64,000 nucleotides of DNA. It comes from Oculina patagonica (Eukaryota). The first letter of the stretch is position 1. The number at the start of each line of letters is the position of its first letter. The notes beneath the pieces were generated by a model. It was not told the origin of the DNA. It did no database searches and was given only the letters and a program-made list of their open reading frames with translations. The stretch spans positions 31,000,001 to 31,064,000 of the forward strand of contig NC_135769.1 of the NCBI RefSeq assembly GCF_052425735.1, in the 5' to 3' direction. Shown here piece after piece: positions 63,609 to 64,000 of this stretch. A program made the position numbers and the translations under genes.

Positions 63609-64000
63609 TTTCACGTTTCTTCGATGAATTCTGACACAGGGTGATTTTCAGAATGATGTCGGTCATGACCGCTCTTTTATGGGCAGCTTGCTGTGAGGCG
63701 GAATCTCTTTCACGAGGCCACTCTCAGAAATACAATACCTTCTTGATTACGTCATAAGGGTGTTAATCAATAGGAGTTGACGCCGTTTCATTGAAATGGT
63801 GGCGGATTCTTTTGCCGCAACATGATGACGTAACTCCATTTAGCTGTGTTGCGAAACACAGTGAATATGCAATTTGATTATAAGGCAACTTAGAATGCTA
63901 ATGAGGCCACTCCCAGGCTTAATACATCACGTCCGTTAATTGCAGCAAATTAATAGAAGGTGACTAATTTAAAAGGAGACCGCGAAGCTCTGCTATTGCT

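Noticed and set aside
1-64000. Autonomous transposase or recombinase for the hairpin elements
   Set aside because: No ORF with tyrosine recombinase, HUH, DDE or RT motifs was recognisable in this window.

Overview
AT-rich animal genomic DNA. The repeat landscape and GPCR types suggest an anthozoan or stony coral (inference). Protein-coding content: a 2-exon RING/TRAF-zinc-finger E3 ligase (RNF41/RNF151/PDZRN3-type N-terminus) head-to-head with an 8-exon casein kinase I delta/epsilon gene; an intronless membrane-anchored HHxxxD condensation-domain/alcohol-acyltransferase-like gene; an intronless orphan ORF; two tandem pairs of class A GPCR paralogues (one pair single-coding-exon, one pair 4-exon); and a small split ORF near the right end. 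Non-coding DNA is dense with non-autonomous transposons of several superfamily types, plus SINE and LINE ends. The most unusual signals are: (1) at least 8 sequence-divergent elements sharing one architecture, a long hairpin whose mismatches are repeatedly tandem GA/GA pairs with a GNA-type loop, followed by a second inverted repeat enclosing CCAATCAG; these nest inside each other and look adapted to fold on one DNA strand only; (2) a 13-bp-TSD insertion carrying two inverted minimal hammerhead ribozymes (Penelope-like); (3) a circularly permuted, inverted tRNA-like element; (4) the stand-alone condensation-domain acyltransferase. Coordinates were read by eye and may be off by a few bases. No database search was run.
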